The position numbers and the translations under genes were made by a program. A stretch of DNA of 64,000 nucleotides, from the NCBI GenBank assembly GCA_965215365.1, contig CBDCDS010000003.1, forward strand, positions 1,344,001-1,408,000, in the 5' to 3' direction. The stretch comes from Gammaproteobacteria bacterium. GTDB lineage: Bacteria; Pseudomonadota; Gammaproteobacteria; Eutrophobiales; Eutrophobiaceae. This document shows, piece after piece, positions 1 through 15,000 of the stretch (within the stretch, counting starts at the first letter, position 1; every line of letters starts with the position of its first letter). A model generated the notes under the pieces. That model searched no databases and had not been told where the DNA came from. It saw only the letters and a program-made list of their open reading frames with translations.

Positions 1-1
1 G

Positions 2-3000
2 GTGGCCACCTCGAACGGCACGGCGACGGCGGGCAGCGACTACACGGCGACGACGACCACGCTGACCATCCCGGCCGGGAGCACGAGCGTCATCTTCGCG
101 GTGCCGACGACCACCGACAGCACCTCGGAGTCCGCCGAGACGTTCACGGTGACTCTGTCCAACCCCACCGGCGGCGCCACCATCGACCCCGACGCCGGCG
201 TGGGCACGGGCGCCCTGTACGATCCGGGCGGCACGCTCGTCAATGATGATGCCTCTGCCATTACCTACCAGTATGCAGGCGGTGACACCCGCGGCCAGGC
301 CTGGCGGTCGGTGTCTCGCTCTGGCAGCAGCTACAATAATGACGTCCACATCACCCCGAGACCGGGCGCGTACTTTGACTATACGTTTACCGGCACCGGC
401 GTAGACCTTATCTCGGAAACCGACTCCCGCTACGCGGAGGTTGACATCTACCTGGACGGGAACAAAGTGGCGCGCGCATCGCTGGTCAGCGCCAGCCGCG
501 CCGGGAAAGTGCTGGTCTACAGCGTGCGCGGGTTGAGCGCAGGGAGCCATACCATCAAAGGTGTAAGGGTGGGGGTTAGCGTTAACAAGAATTTTGTGGT
601 AGATGGCTTTTTGGTGCATACGAGCGATGCCTTTTTTGCCGATAGGTTAAAGCCCACCGGCTTAACTGCCACGCCGGGCGACAAGCAGGTGACGTTGAGC
701 TGGCTCGATCCGTCCAACAGCGCCATCACCAAGTACCAGTATCGCCAGGGCGCCGGCACGACCGTCGTCTGGGGTGGCTGGACCGACATCGCCAACAGTG
801 ACAACACCACCACCTCGCACACCGTGACGGGCTTAACCAACGGCACGGCCTACAGCTTTGAAGTGCGCGCCGTGGTCGGGACGGCAACCGGCGCCGCCTC
901 AGGTGCCGTGAGCGCGACACCGGCCACCCCCAGCACCCTGCCAGAGCTGTCGATTAACAGCGCGACGGCATTAGAAGGCCGCACGGCAAGTTTTACGGTC
1001 ACCCTGTCACGCGCCCACACCGCCGATGTCACAGTACAGGCGGCCACCTCGAACGGCACGGCCACGGCAGGCAGTGACTACACGGCGAAGACGGCGACAT
1101 TAACCATTGCAACCGGCAGCACCAGCGCCACGTTTGACGTGGTCACCACCGACGATGCGGCGGTGGAAGGCACCGAGACCTTCGAGGCGACCTTGGCTAA
1201 CCCGTCTAAGGCCACGCTCAAAAAAGACGGCGACACCGCCACCGCCACCGTTTACGACGGCGACGGCGGGACGCGCTTCGATGTGCCTCGGAATCACTCG
1301 GACGTCACCCGTGGCGGGGGAAGTTGGACATGGGATTTTGGCCGCAACCCCCCCAAATTTGACAACTACGGTAAAAATGGCTACGTCACCGGAGCTAACG
1401 GCGCCTATCTGGAATACGCCTTTACCGGCACCGGGGTGGACTTTATCTCACAGGTTGGCCCGAACCACGGTAATGTGGACATCCATATTGATGGTACCAA
1501 GGTAGCCACCGTGAACTTGTACCAAAGCGGCAGCGTCACCGGCAAGTACGTGGCCTACAGCGTGCGCGACCTGACCGCCGGGGAACATACCATCCGGGTG
1601 ACCAAGCGGTCTGCTACCTGGCTCATCGTGGATGCTTTTATTGTGTACGGCGCCCCCTTGGACTTCGTCACCTGGCACTTACCCCGTGAGCTGCGCTATG
1701 TGAAGGATACGGCCATCCTGGCCCCGACCCGACTGCCTCGGGTCGGCAACGGCGCGGGCACGGTGACTTATGCCTTAACACCGACACTGCCGACAGGCCT
1801 GCAATGGGACGCTGAGGAGCGCACGATTTCAGGCACCCCCACGGTGAACCAGGCGCGCACGCAATACACCATGACGGCGACCGATGCGATAGGTGGTACC
1901 GAGGTCTTTACCTTCCACCTGACAGTGACTAACAAGGACGATAAGCCGACCTTCGGCAGTGAGACGCAAGCCGACCTGTTACTGGTGAAGGATGCGCTAA
2001 TGACCGCGGTCACACTGCCGGTGGCTACGGGCGGCGATGGCACGCTGACCTATCAGTTATTGCCGTTGAAGTGGAGTAACATGGGCTACAACCAGAACGC
2101 GGACCGGGAGAGCAACCAACCCTTAGACTACGCCGGGGTGGCCAACCTGCCGGCGGGGCTCAGCTTTAATGCCGGCACACGGGTGCTGTCGGGCACACCC
2201 ACTGAGAACTGGACGCGCGCCCTTTATACTTTAGTAGCCACGGACGCCGATGGCGACACGGCGGGTCTGAACTTCCATGTGGCGGTGGCAAACGCGTTAA
2301 CCCCGGCCACCAATTCCAGCACTCTGGAGGTCTGGACGGACGATGCACTCAAGCATGTCAACCGCAATGCCACTAAGCCGAGCTCGCCGTCGACCCGCAT
2401 TGACTTACATGCGGCGCGCAATGAGTACGAGAACGGCCAGATAGTGCTACGCAGTGATGCGGATTTGACCATTACCGAAGTGGCGTTTAGTGACCTCACC
2501 AGCGGCAGCAACACGATTGCCGCCAAGGATAACCTTGACTACCGGTTTGTAGAATACCACTCGCCGGTGATGCCGACCCGGACGACCAAGCTGCTCTACC
2601 CGGCTGCTAATCGTCCTGATCCGTTGTCCAATGCCCGCTCGATTGTGGTGCCGGCGAACGTCACCCAACCCATCTTAGTGACGGCGTATGTCCCCAAGGG
2701 GCAGGCGGCGGGCACTTATACCGGCGAGGTGACGGTGAAGGTCAACACCGCCCAGGGGGACCAGACCAAGACCGTGCCCTTGAGCGTTAAGGTCTATGCG
2801 GTGCAGATTCCCGATGCCAAGGACAGCGAGTTCTTACAGTACAACTGGACGGAGACGAACATGTACTCCGTGCGCAATGATGAGGACATGGGGTTTTCGT
2901 ACTACGGGATTTATAAGTACTCCGATGACTGGTGGGGCTTAATGGGCAACATGGCCGACACCATGTCCAAGCATCGTCAGAACATGACCATTGCCTGGAC

Positions 3001-6000
3001 GGTGGCACTGCTGCGCGACGGCGGCAGTAAGGCCAAGTCCGATGGCACGTATGACTGGCAATGGGGGCTGTTCGATAAGTTCATCGACACTTATAACCAG
3101 GGTGGCATGTCGCATTTCGGTGGTGGGCATTTGTCGTTCCACTGGGAGGGCGGCAAACCGCGCAGTTGGGATGCTGCCCGGCATTTCGAGGTGGCGATGC
3201 TCGCGCCTGACGCGAACGGTGAGACGCGCATCGGCGGTGCCGTGGTGCCGAAGTCCACGTCCGATACCGCCGGCACGCGCGCGAACGCCCGGGATTGGCT
3301 CAATGCTTATCTGCCAGAGCTGGACAAACATATTGCTGCGAAGGGCTTACTCGGCGGTGCCAAGCTGCGTGATAAGTGGTTCCAACATCTTGGCGATGAG
3401 CCGGGCGGCAGCACTGATATCCAACAATGGGCGTATATGGCAGACACGCTCAAGGCCAAGGCGCCCAAGATACGTAATTTAGATGCAGCCCAGACCAGCG
3501 TCGAGGGGCTTTTGCAGGATGCCAATGCGGCCCGGGTGAATGCTTGGAGTCCTTACCTGATCGAGTTTGACAAGCGCAAAACCTTATTTGCCCAACAGCA
3601 ACAAGCCGACAAGCCGGTGTTTGTCTATGTGATGTACACCCCCAGGGACAAGAACGACTATAACCGCCTGTTCAACAACCATCTGGTATCGACTTCCACG
3701 CTGTATTGGTATTACTTCCGCCATAACTTAGACGGCAATCTGCACTGGGCACTGAACGTCTGGTCTATTACCGCGGGAGATGCTTCCAAGGGCGATACCC
3801 ACATCGTCTATCCGGACATCGGCGGGCGCACGCTGCGCTCATCGCTGCGCTATGAAGCCGAGCGTGGCGGGCTGGAGGACTTAGAGCTATTAAAGCTGTA
3901 TAAGAAGACCTCTGCCAGCGCGGCTAATACACTGGCTGAGAAGCTCACCACCACGACCCGCACCAACCACAACAAGGATGTGTCAACGTACCGCACTGTG
4001 CGTGCAGAGTTGCTGAGTGCCCTCACCGCCACCGCCCCCCCGGAGCTGTCGATTAACAACGTGGCAGTGACAGAGGGTGCGGCGGCATATTTTACGGTGA
4101 CCCTGTCGGCGGCCCACACCGCTGACGTCACGGTGCGGGCGGCCACTTCGGACGGCACGGCCACGGCGGGCAGCGACTACACGGCGAAGACGGCCACGCT
4201 GACTATTGACGCCGGCGCTACCAGCGCCACCTTCGAAGTGTTGACGACCGCCGACAGTACTACGGAGTCCTCTGGCGAGACGTTCAAAGTCACCCTGTCC
4301 AATCCCGGCGACATTGGCACCATCAAGTCCGGTGCCGGCGTGGGCACGGCCACCCTGTACGACGCGGGAGGCGTGTTTGTCAATGATGATGATAGTGCTG
4401 TCACATATTTGAATCTTAATCCTTTTTGGAAGGATGCTGACCGCTCCAAGGGGGGATTCAACAACTATGATGATGATATCCGCTCCACTAATGTGCAGGG
4501 CATGTACTTTGAATACACGTTTATCGGCACCGGCGTGGATTTTATCTCAGAGACTAACAAAGACCATGGCGAGGTTGACATCTATATTGACACGGCCAAG
4601 GTGGCGCGTGTGTCGCTGCACAGTGCGACCCGCACCGGCAAGGTGCTGGCCTACAGCATGCGTAGGTTGCCTTTCGGGAAACATACTATCCGGGGGGTGA
4701 AGGTGGGCAGCGACGCCGGCAAGTATTTGGTAGTGGATGGCTTTTTTGTTTATGGGACGCCTAAACCCGCGGGGCTGACCGCGACACCAGGCGACAAGCA
4801 GGTGAAACTCACCTGGGCCGACCCGTCAGACGGTGCCATCACCAAATACCAGGTTCGTCAGGGCACTGGCACGACCGTCGCCTGGGGTGCTTGGGCGGAC
4901 GTTCCCAGCAGCTCGGCCACCACCACCTCGCATACCGTGACCGGCCTGACCAACGGCACGCAATATAGCTTTCAGGTGCGCGCCGTGGACGGGACGGCAA
5001 CCGACGTGGCTTCGCACACCGTGACCGCAACACCGGCAGGCTACGAGCTGTCGATTAACAGCGTGGGAGTGACGGAGGGAGCGGCGGCGTATTTTACGGT
5101 GAGCCTGTCACGCGCCCACACCGCTGACGTCACGGTGCGGGCGGCCACCTCGGCCGGCACGGCCACGGCGGCCAGCGACTACACGGCGACGACGGCCACG
5201 CTGACCCTTGCCAAGGGAGAAACCAGCGCCACCTTCGCGGTGCCGACGACCGCCGATGCTACTGCGGAGGGCAGTGAGACCTTCAAGGTGACCCTGAGTA
5301 ATCCCACCGGTGGCGCCACCATCGAGCGCGGCGGCGGTGTGGGTACGGCCACCCTGTACGATGGCGGCGAGGATGGCGGCGGCATGCTCGTCAATGATGA
5401 TGACAGTGCTATTGACTACCAGAATGGCAGTAGCTCATTCGGCCGTGGGTGGTTTTCTGGTGCTCGCAATCCGAGATACTTCAATAGCTACAATGATGAC
5501 ATTCAAGGCGCCACGAGACCGGGCGCCTACTTTGAATATACGTTTGCCGGCACCGGCGTGGATTTTATCTCGGAAACTAGTAGCACCTACGGGAAGGTTG
5601 ACATCTACCTTGACGAGACCAAGGTAGCGCGCGTGTCGCTGCACAGTGCCACCCTAACCGGCAAGGCGCTGGCCTACAGTGTGCGCGGGTTGCCTTTCGG
5701 GGAATATACCATCAAGGGTGTGAAAGTGGGGAACATCGCCGAGGTGCTGGTGGTAGATGGCTTTTTTGTTTATGGGACGCTCAAGCCCACGGGGCTTACC
5801 GCGGGGGCGGGCGACGGGCAGGTGGTGCTTACCTGGGACAACCCCTCCAACGATGCCATCACCGGCTACCAGTATCGCTGGGGTACGCTCTCGGCCCTCT
5901 CTAGGTCGCATTTTGGGCTCGACTCTTATTTAGAAGCTGTCCGCTGGGGGAATTGGCTGACAATGTCCGGCAGCCTGGACACCACCACGTCACACACGGT

Positions 6001-9000
6001 GCGCTTCCTGACCAACGACACGCAGTACTATTTCCAGGTGCGCGCCGTGGTCGGGGCAGTACCCGGCGCGCCCTCAAATGTCGTATTCGCCAGACCACGG
6101 ACGGCCGGCATGAACTTCATCACCTGGCATCTGCCCCGTGAAATGCGCTATGTGAGGGGTACGCCGATATTGGCGCCAACCCGACTGCCGCGGGTCCAGG
6201 GTGCCACCGGCGCCGTGACTTATGCCTTAACACCGGCACTGCCGACCGGTCTGGAGTGGGACGATGAGGAGCGTACGATTTCAGGCACCCCCGCCGCAGA
6301 TAGGGCGCGTACGCAATACACCATGACGGCGACCGATACCAACGATAAAATCGGCGAATACACCTTCCACCTGACCGTAGCGGCCACCGACAACAAGCCC
6401 AGCTTCGGCACGACGCAGGCCGATTTGCTATTAGTCAAGGACGCGGCCATGACCGCCGTCACACTACCGGCGGCCACCGGCGGCGACGGCACGCTGACCT
6501 ATCAGTTACTGCCGTTGAAGTGGAGTAACCTGGGCTACAACCAGGGAGAACGGGGGAACAACCAACCTCTGGACTACGCCGGTGTGCCCAACCTGCCGGC
6601 GGGTGTGAGCTTCAATGCCAGCACGCGCGAGCTGTCGGGCAGGCCCACGGCGAACTGGACGCGCGCCTTGTACACGTTGGTGGCCACAGATGCCGATGGC
6701 GACACGGCGGGTCTGAACTTCCACGTGGCGGTGGCGAACGCACTGACCCCGGCTACCGGCTCGAGCGCCCTGGAGGTCTGGACGGATGATGCGCTCAACC
6801 ATGTCAACCGCGATGCCACCCGGCCGAACTCGCCGTCCACCCGCATTGACTTACATGCGGTGCGCAATGAGTATGAGAGCGGCCAGATAGTGCTACGCAG
6901 TGATGCGGATTTGACCATCACCGAGGTGGCGTTTAGTGACCTGACCGATGGCAGCAACACGATTGCTAAGACCCACCTTGACTACCGGTTTGTAGAATAC
7001 CACTCGCCGGTGATGCCGACCCGGGGAGATACGCTACTTTATCCGGCCTCTAATCGTCCCGACCCCTTGTCCAACGCCCGTTCGATTGTGGTGCCGGCGA
7101 ACGACACCCAACCGATACTGGTGACGGTGTATGTCCCCAAGGGACAGGCGGCGGGCACTTACGCCGGCACGGTGATGGTGAAGGTCAACACGGCGCAGGG
7201 GGTTAAGACTAAAACCGTCCCGCTGAGCGTGAAGGTCTATGCCGTGGAGATCCCCGATGCCAAGGACAGCGAGTTCAAGCAGTACAACTGGACCGAGACC
7301 AACATGTTCTCCATCCGCAACGAGGAGGACATGGGCTTTTCGTACTACGGGATTGACAAGTACTCTGATGATTGGTGGGAATTGATGGAGAACATGGCCG
7401 ATACCATGTCGACGTATCGCCAGAACATGGCGGTATCCTGGACGGTGGGTCTGCTGCGCGACGGCGGCAGCAAGGCCAATGTTGACGGCACGTATGAGTG
7501 GGACTGGCGGCTGTTCGACAAGTACATCGACACCTATAACCAGGGTGGCATGAGCCACTTCGGCGGCGGGCATTTATCGTTCCACTGGAACGGGAGGCCG
7601 GGGAGTTTCAGTGGTAAGCATGACTTCCATGTGATGCAGTTGTCTCGCGACTCAGATGGCGAGACGCGTCTTAGCGGCGCATTGGTGCCGACCTCGGCGA
7701 CCGATGCCACTACCACGCGCAAGGCCGCCGCGGACTGGTTGGATGCCTACTTGCCGGAATTGGACAAACAAGTCAAGGCCAAGACCTTGGTCGGCGGCGT
7801 CAAGCTGCGCGACCAATGGATCCAGCACATGGGGGATGAGGCGGGTGCAGGTGCACAATCCCAACAATGGGCTTATATGGCGGACAAGGTCCAATTTCAT
7901 GCACCTGGTATGCTGACCATGGATGCAGCATATAGTCTTGGTTTGCACGACCATGCAACGAAAGTAAAAGCCTGGAGTCCTTGGATCAACATTTTTGATG
8001 AATACAAGGATTTCTATATTGAACAACAAGCCGCCAACAAGCCGGTGTTTGCTTACTACATGTGGTATCCCCGACATCCGTTAATGAACCGCATGTTCGC
8101 TAACCATTTGATCGCGACCTCAATGATCTACTGGTATTACTTCCGCCACAATCTGGCCGGCAATCTGCACTGGGCGCTGAACGTGTGGTCTCTCCCGTTG
8201 ACAGAAACCAAAGACGACAACGGAATCGGTGCCGAAGGCGATACCCACATCGTCTATCCGGACGTCGGTGGGCGCACTCTGAGGTCATCGCTGCGCTATG
8301 AAGCTGAGCGTAACGGGCTGGAGGACCTGGAGATCTTGAAGCGGTACAAGGTGGGGGCACCGAGCGCGGCCAATACGCTGGCCGACGGACTCATAAACCC
8401 CAACGGCGTCACCGCGGTCCCAAGTTCCGTCAACACCCTTGCCGAATACAACACAAATGTATCAACGTACCGCACCGTGCGTGCCGAGTTGCTGGAGGCG
8501 GTGTCTCCGATGCTCACAGGGCTGACCGTGACACCGGGCGACGGGCAGGTGACGCTGAGCTGGGATGATCCTGGCGATGCCAGCATTGCTCGCTACCAGT
8601 TCGACACGCGCTGCTCCTCGGGCCTCTGGGGCGGCTGGCGGAACGTCCCCGCCTCCAGGGCCACCACTACCACCGCCACGATAAGCGGCTTGACTAACGA
8701 CACGCAGTGCGACTTCCGCATCCGCGCCAGAAGAGGGGGGGAGCGCGGCCCGCCCTCGGCTGTCGTGAGCGCCACGCCGATAGAGTCCCTGCCCTTCGTC
8801 ACCTGGCACCTGCCCCCTGAGCTGCGCTACGTGAAGGGTGAGGAAATCCTGGCGCCGGTGCGCCTGCCGCGGGCCGACACCACGCAGCGGGTGATTTACC
8901 TGCTGAGGGGTCGGTTTTCGGGCACCTTTGCCGGGGACGATTTGCCTGATGGGCTGATTTTCGATGCCGAACAACGCACCATTTCCGGTACGTCGACGAA

Positions 9001-12000
9001 GCGCATGGCGCGTAGGCGCTACGAGCTCATTGCTCGTGCTTTAGACGGTCGGGAGGGACGGTTCAGCTTCCACCTGACGGTGGCTAACAAGGACAACAAG
9101 CCCACCTTCGGCAGTGAGACGCAAGCCGACCTGTTACTGGTGAAGGATGCGCTAATGACCGCGGTCACACTGCCGGTGGCTACGGGCGGCGATGGCACGC
9201 TGACCTATCAGTTATTGCCGTTGAAGTGGAGTAACATGGGCTACAACCAGAACGCGGACCGGGAGAGCAACCAACCCTTAGACTACGCCGGGGTGGCCAA
9301 CCTGCCGGCGGGGCTCAGCTTTAATGCCGGCACACGGGTGCTGTCGGGCACACCCACTGAGAACTGGACGCGCGCCCTTTATACTTTAGTAGCCACGGAC
9401 GCCGATGGCGACACGGCGGGTCTGAACTTCCATGTGGCGGTGGCAAACGCGTTAACCCCGGCCACCAATTCCAGCACTCTGGAGGTCTGGACGGACGATG
9501 CACTCAAGCATGTCAACCGCAATGCCACTAAGCCGAGCTCGCCGTCGACCCGCATTGACTTACATGCGGCGCGCAATGAGTACGAGAACGGCCAGATAGT
9601 GCTGCGCAGCGATGCGGATTTGACCATTACCGAGGTGGCGTTTACCGACCTGAAAGATGGCAGCAACACGATTGCTAAGACCCACCTTGACTACCGGTTT
9701 GTGGAATACCACTCGCCGGTGATGCCGACCCGGACGACCCAGCTGCTCTACCCGGCCGATAATCGTCCTGATCCGTTGTCCAATGCCCGCTCGATTGTGG
9801 TGCCGGCGAACGTCACCCAACCCATCTTAGTGACGGCGTATGTCCCCAAGGGGCAGGCGGCGGGCACTTATGCCGGCGATGTGACGGTCAAGACCACCCA
9901 GGGGGACAAGACCGTCCCGCTGAGCGTGAAGGTCTATGCGGTAGAGATTCCCGACGCTAAGGCCAGCGAGTTCTTACAGTACAACTGGACGGAGACGAAC
10001 ATGTACTCCGTGCGCAATGATGAGGACATGGGGTTCTCATACTACGGGATTTATAAGTACTCCGATGACTGGTGGGACTTAATGGGCAACATGGCCGACA
10101 CCATGTCCAAGCATCGTCAGAACATGACCATTGCCTGGACGGTGGCACTGCTGCGCGATGGCGGCAGTAAGGCCAAGTCCGATGGCACTTATGAGTGGGA
10201 GTGGGGGCTGTTCGATAAGTTCATCGACACTTATAACCAGGGTGGCATGTCGCATTTCGGTGGTGGGCATTTGTCGTTCCACTGGGAGGGCGGCAAACCG
10301 CGCAGTTGGGATGCTGCTCGGCATTTCGAGGTGGCGATGCTCGCGCCTGACGCGAACGGTGAGACGCGCATCGGCGGTGCCGTGGTGCCGACCTCGACGA
10401 GCAATGCCGACGACGAGCGCACGGTGGCCCGGGATTGGCTCAATGCTTATCTGCCGGAGCTGGACAAACATATTGCTGCGAAGGGCTTACTCGGCGGTGC
10501 CAAGCTGCGTGATAAGTGGTTCCAACATCTTGGCGATGAGCCGGGCGGCAGCACTGATATCCAACAATGGGCGTATATGGCAGACACGCTCAAGGCCAAG
10601 GCGCCCAAGATACGTAATTTAGATGCAGCCCAGACCAGCGTCGAGGGGCTTTTGCAGGATGCCAATGCGGCCCGGGTGAATGCTTGGAGTCCTTACCTGA
10701 TCGAGTTTGACAAGCGCAAAACCTTATTTGCCCAACAGCAACAAGCCGACAAGCCGGTGTTTGTCTATGTGATGTACACCCCCAGGGACAAGAACGACTA
10801 TAACCGCCTGTTCAACAACCATCTGGTATCGACTTCCACGCTGTATTGGTATTACTTCCGCCATAACTTAGACGGCAATCTGCACTGGGCACTGAACGTG
10901 TGGTCCATCGGGCCGGCGGGCGGCTCTGAAGGCGATACCCACATCGTCTATCCGGACATCGGCGGGCGCACGCTGCGCTCATCGCTGCGCTATGAAGCCG
11001 AGCGCGGCGGGCTGGAGGACTTGGAACTGTTGAAGCTGTACAAAGCGACCTCTGCCAGCGCGGCTAATACACTGGCTGAGAAGCTCACCACCACGACCCG
11101 CACCAACCACAACAAGGATGTGTCAACGTATCGCACCGTGCGTACCGAGTTGCTGGAGGCTGTGGCCGCCGCCCTACTGCCTAAACCCACGGGTTTTACG
11201 GCGACTCCGGGCGACGAGCAGGTGAAGCTCACCTGGGCTGACCCTGCCGATAACAGAATCACCCGCTACCAGTATCAGCAGCGGGTCGGGAACGCCGATT
11301 GGGGCTCGTGGATTAACATCTCTGGCGCCAACGCGACCACGACCACCTTTACGCGCGCCGGCCTGACCAACGGCACGCAATACAGCTTCCGCATCCGCGC
11401 CGCAAGGGGGCCGGTAGCCGGTGCGGCTTCGGATGTCGTGAGCGCCACACCAATGCCCCTCCCCGAGCTGTCGATTAACAGCGTGGGAGTGACGGAGGGA
11501 GCGGCGGCGTATTTTACGGTGAGCCTGTCACGCGCCCACACCGCTGACGTCACGGTGCGGGCGGCCACCTCGGCCGGCACGGCCACGGCGGGCAGCGACT
11601 ACACCACGAAGACGGCCACGCTGACTATTGCGGCAGGGAGCGCCAGCGCCACCTTCGCGGTACCGACGACCGCCGACAATACTGCCGAGTCTGGCGAGAC
11701 GATCAAGGTGACCCTGTCCAATCCCGCCGGCGGCGCCACCATCAAGTCCGGCGGCGGTGTGGGTACGGTCACCCTGTACGATCCGGGGAGCGAGTTCGTC
11801 AATTATAATGCCCCTGCTGTCAGCTATCAGAATGGCAGTAACACAACAGGCTTGGCATGGTCTTTTGGCACTTTCATCGGGGGAGACTCCAACAGCTACG
11901 TTACCTCTAGGCCGGGCGCTTATTTTGAATATACATTTACCGGCACCGGCGTGGATTTTATCTCGGAGACTAACTCTGACCACGGTGAGGTTGACATCTA

Positions 12001-15000
12001 CCTTGACGAGACCAAGGTAGCGCGCGTGTCGCTGCACAGTGCCACCCTAACCGGCAAGGCGCTGGCCTACAGTGTGCGCGGGTTGCCTTTCGGGGAATAT
12101 ACCATCAAGGGTGTGAAGGTGGGGAGCGATGCCAGCAAATATTTAGTAGTGGATGGCTTTTTTGTTTATGGGACGCTCAAACCCACGGGGCTTACCGCGG
12201 CGGCGGGCGACGGGCAGGTGGTGCTTACCTGGGACGACCCCTCCAACGATGCCATCACCGGCTACCAGTATCGCCAGGGTACACCCCTGTTCTTGCCTTG
12301 GTGGTATTTTGTGTTCGACCCTTATTTAGAACCTGCCCGCTGGGAGGATTGGACCGACATTCCTAGCAGCTCGGCCGCCACCATTTCGCACCTTGTGACC
12401 GGCCTGACCAACGGCACGCAGTACTATTTCCAGGTGCGCGCCGTGGTCGGGGCAACGACCGGCGCGCCCTCAAATGCCGCATCCGCCAGACCACGGACGG
12501 ACGGCCTGAACTTCATCACCTGGCACCTGCCTCCTGAGTTTCGGTATGTGAATGGCGAGGCGATATTGGCGCCGACCCGGCTGCCGCGGCTCGATGGCGG
12601 CACGGGCACGGTGACTTATACCTTAACACCGGCGCTACCCACGGGCCTGAAATGGGACGCTGAGGAGCGCACGATTTCAGGCACCCCCGCCGCAGATATG
12701 GGTCGCGCGGTATACACCATGAAGGCAACCGATGCGAACGATGAGTCCGCCGCCTACACCTTCCACCTGACCGTAGCGGCCACCGACAACAAGCCCAGCT
12801 TCGGCACGACGCAGGCCGATTTGCTATTAGTCAAGGACGCGGCCATGACCGCCGTCACACTACCGGCGGCCACCGGCGGCGACGGCACGCTGACCTATCA
12901 GTTACTGCCGTTGAAGTGGAGTAACCTGGGCTACAACCAGGGAGAACGGGGGAACAACCAACCCCTGGACTACGCCGGTGTGCCCAACCTGCCGGCGGGT
13001 GTGAGCTTCAATGCCAGCACGCGCGAGCTGTCGGGCAGGCCCACGGCGAACTGGACGCGCGCCTTGTACACGTTGGTGGCCACAGATGCCGATGGCGACA
13101 CGGCGGGTCTGAACTTCCACGTGGCGGTGGCGAACGCACTGACCCCGGCTACCGGCTCGAGCGCCCTGGAGGTCTGGACGGATGATGCGCTCAACCATGT
13201 CAACCGCGATGCCACCCGGCCGAACTCGCCGTCCACCCGCATTGACTTACATGCGGTGCGCAATGAGTATGAGAGCGGCCAGATAGTGCTACGCAGTGAT
13301 GCGGATTTGACCATCACCGAGGTGGCGTTTAGTGACCTGACCGATGGCAGCAACACGATTGCTAAGACCCACCTTGACTACCGGTTTGTAGAATACCACT
13401 CGCCGGTGATGCCGACCCGGGGAGATACGCTACTTTATCCGGCCTCTAATCGTCCCGACCCCTTGTCCAACGCCCGTTCGATTGTGGTGCCGGCGAACGA
13501 CACCCAACCGATACTGGTGACGGTGTATGTCCCCAAGGGACAGGCGGCGGGCACTTACGCCGGCACGGTGATGGTGAAGGTCAACACGGCGCAGGGGGTT
13601 AAGACTAAAACCGTCCCGCTGAGCGTGAAGGTCTATGCCGTGGAGATCCCCGATGCCAAGGACAGCGAGTTCAAGCAGTACAACTGGACCGAGACCAACA
13701 TGTTCTCCATCCGCAACGAGGAGGACATGGGCTTTTCGTACTACGGGATTGACAAGTACTCTGATGATTGGTGGGAATTGATGGAGAACATGGCCGATAC
13801 CATGTCGACGTATCGCCAGAACATGGCGGTATCCTGGACGGTGGGTCTGCTGCGCGACGGCGGCAGCAAGGCCAATGCTGACGGCACGTATAAGTGGGAC
13901 TGGCGGCTGTTCGACAAGTACATCGACACCTATAACCAGGGTGGCATGAGCCACTTCGGCGGCGGGCATTTATCGTTCCACTGGAACGGGAGGCCGGGGA
14001 GTTTCAGTGGTAAGCATGACTTCCATGTGATGCAGTTGTCTCGCGACTCAGATGGCGAGACGCGTCTTAGCGGCGCATTGGTGCCGACCTCGGCGACCGA
14101 TGCCACTACCACGCGCAAGGCCGCCGCGGACTGGTTGGATGCCTACTTGCCGGAATTGGACAAACAAGTCAAGGCCAAGACCTTGGTCGGCGGCGTCAAG
14201 CTGCGCGACCAATGGATCCAGCACATGGGGGATGAGGCGGGTGCAGGTGCACAATCCCAACAATGGGCTTATATGGCGGACAAGGTCCAATTTCATGCAC
14301 CTGGTATGCTGACCATGGATGCAGCATATAGTCTTGGTTTGCACGACCATGCAACGAAAGTAAAAGCCTGGAGTCCTTGGATCAACATTTTTGATGAATA
14401 CAAGGATTTCTATATTGAACAACAAGCCGCCAACAAGCCGGTGTTTGCTTACTACATGTGGTATCCCCGACATCCGTTAATGAACCGCATGTTCGCTAAC
14501 CATTTGATCGCGACCTCAATGATCTACTGGTATTACTTCCGCCACAATCTGGCCGGCAATCTGCACTGGGCGCTGAACGTGTGGTCTCTCCCGTTGACAG
14601 AAACCAAAGACGACAACGGAATCGGTGCCGAAGGCGATACCCACATCGTCTATCCGGACGTCGGTGGGCGCACTCTGAGGTCATCGCTGCGCTATGAAGC
14701 TGAGCGTAACGGGCTGGAGGACCTGGAGATCTTGAAGCGGTACAAGGTGGGGGCACCGAGCGCGGCCAATACGCTGGCCGACGGACTCATAAACCCCAAC
14801 GGCGTCACCGCGGTCCCACGTTCCGTCAACACCCTTGCCGAATACAACACAAATGTATCAACGTACCGCACCGTGCGTGCCGAGTTGCTGGAGAAAGCAA
14901 CTAAAGCCCTCGCCGGCCTGCCGGAGCTGTCGATTAACAAAGTGGCGGTATTGGAAGGCCGCCCGGCGCGCTTCACGGTGAGTTTGTCGGCGGCGCACAC

